From Chiloscyllium plagiosum (Eukaryota), in contig NC_057718.1 of the NCBI RefSeq assembly GCF_004010195.1, positions 10,555,181-10,590,946 on the forward strand: DNA of 35,766 nucleotides, given 5' to 3'. Below are positions 35,432-35,766 of the stretch, piece by piece (the stretch's first letter is position 1; each line of letters begins with the position of its first letter). The translations under genes were made by a program, and so were the position numbers. The notes beneath the pieces were generated by a model. It was not told the DNA's origin, did no database searches, and saw only the letters and a program-made list of their open reading frames with translations.

Positions 35432-35597
35432 AACAAAAACTTCCAGCTCGGCGAACAGAACCACAGCGACTGAAGGCTGTCTTACACCTGATTACAAGCT
35501 TATCCTCACCGCATCTTCAATGCGGTTTTTCTAAAGAAGAATTTAATTACATTCCATCTTAACCTGTTCTGTATGTCCAGTAGGTTGGCTATTGTTC

Positions 35598-35766
35598 TAG
35601 AACATAGAACATAGAACAATACAGCCCAGAACAGGCCCTTCGGCCCACGATGTTGTGCCGAACTTCTAACCTAGATTAAGTACCCATCCATGTACCTATC
35701 CAAATGCCGCTTAAAGGTCGCCAATGATTCCGACTCTACCACTCCCACGGGCAGCGCACTCCATGC
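35598..35766 (-). mobile_element. 3' end of a CR1-type LINE with (TAGAACA)n tail, running off the window
   Basis: tagaacatagaacatagaacaatacagcccagaacaggcccttcggccc...aaatgccgcttaaa is a reverse-oriented CR1 3' UTR. Confidence 0.8.

Larger units (their letters stand above)
33945..35597 (-). mobile_element. Relatively young Penelope-like (Poseidon-type) element: RT C-half + GIY-YIG + pLTR, flanked by 219-bp inverted repeats
   Basis: Minus-strand GTPMGSPISGLIAEAVMQ, VYRKATHTDQVLNYESNHP, PCKDCTKHYIGQTGR, REFLEAWHS. Inverted repeats at 33945-34163 / 35347-35565. Confidence 0.92.

Noticed and set aside
29554..35766. Next NRBP1 exon (expected AWKRWCTQILSAL)
   Set aside because: No matching exon found by eye; 'gcttggaaagggtgg' near 31492 is CR1 sequence. 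It presumably lies beyond the window.

Overview
Vertebrate genomic DNA. The HE1-like SINEs and HER1-like CR1 LINEs suggest a shark or ray (inference). The window holds the 5' part of NRBP1 (nuclear receptor-binding protein 1 pseudokinase) on the + strand: a CpG-island/CCAAT promoter (~2440-3480) and four phase-0 coding exons (3239-3406, 28015-28137, 28669-28770, 29464-29553), with a 24.6-kb intron after the ATG exon. The rest is mostly retroelements: many CR1-type LINE fragments, tRNA-derived SINEs, a decayed RTE-like LINE, a probable 590-bp solo LTR and about ten Penelope-like element (PLE) insertions. The most striking hidden structure is in the PLEs. Several families share a minimal hammerhead-ribozyme core (CUGANGA + one extra nt + stem II + GAAA + palindromic 4-nt stem III + UH) with covarying stems. 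Many copies are palindromic (inverted arms), and four insertions have 11-12-bp target-site duplications. Hammerheads in PLEs are established knowledge; activity and novelty of these particular families are untested. Repeat boundaries are approximate unless a TSD is quoted.
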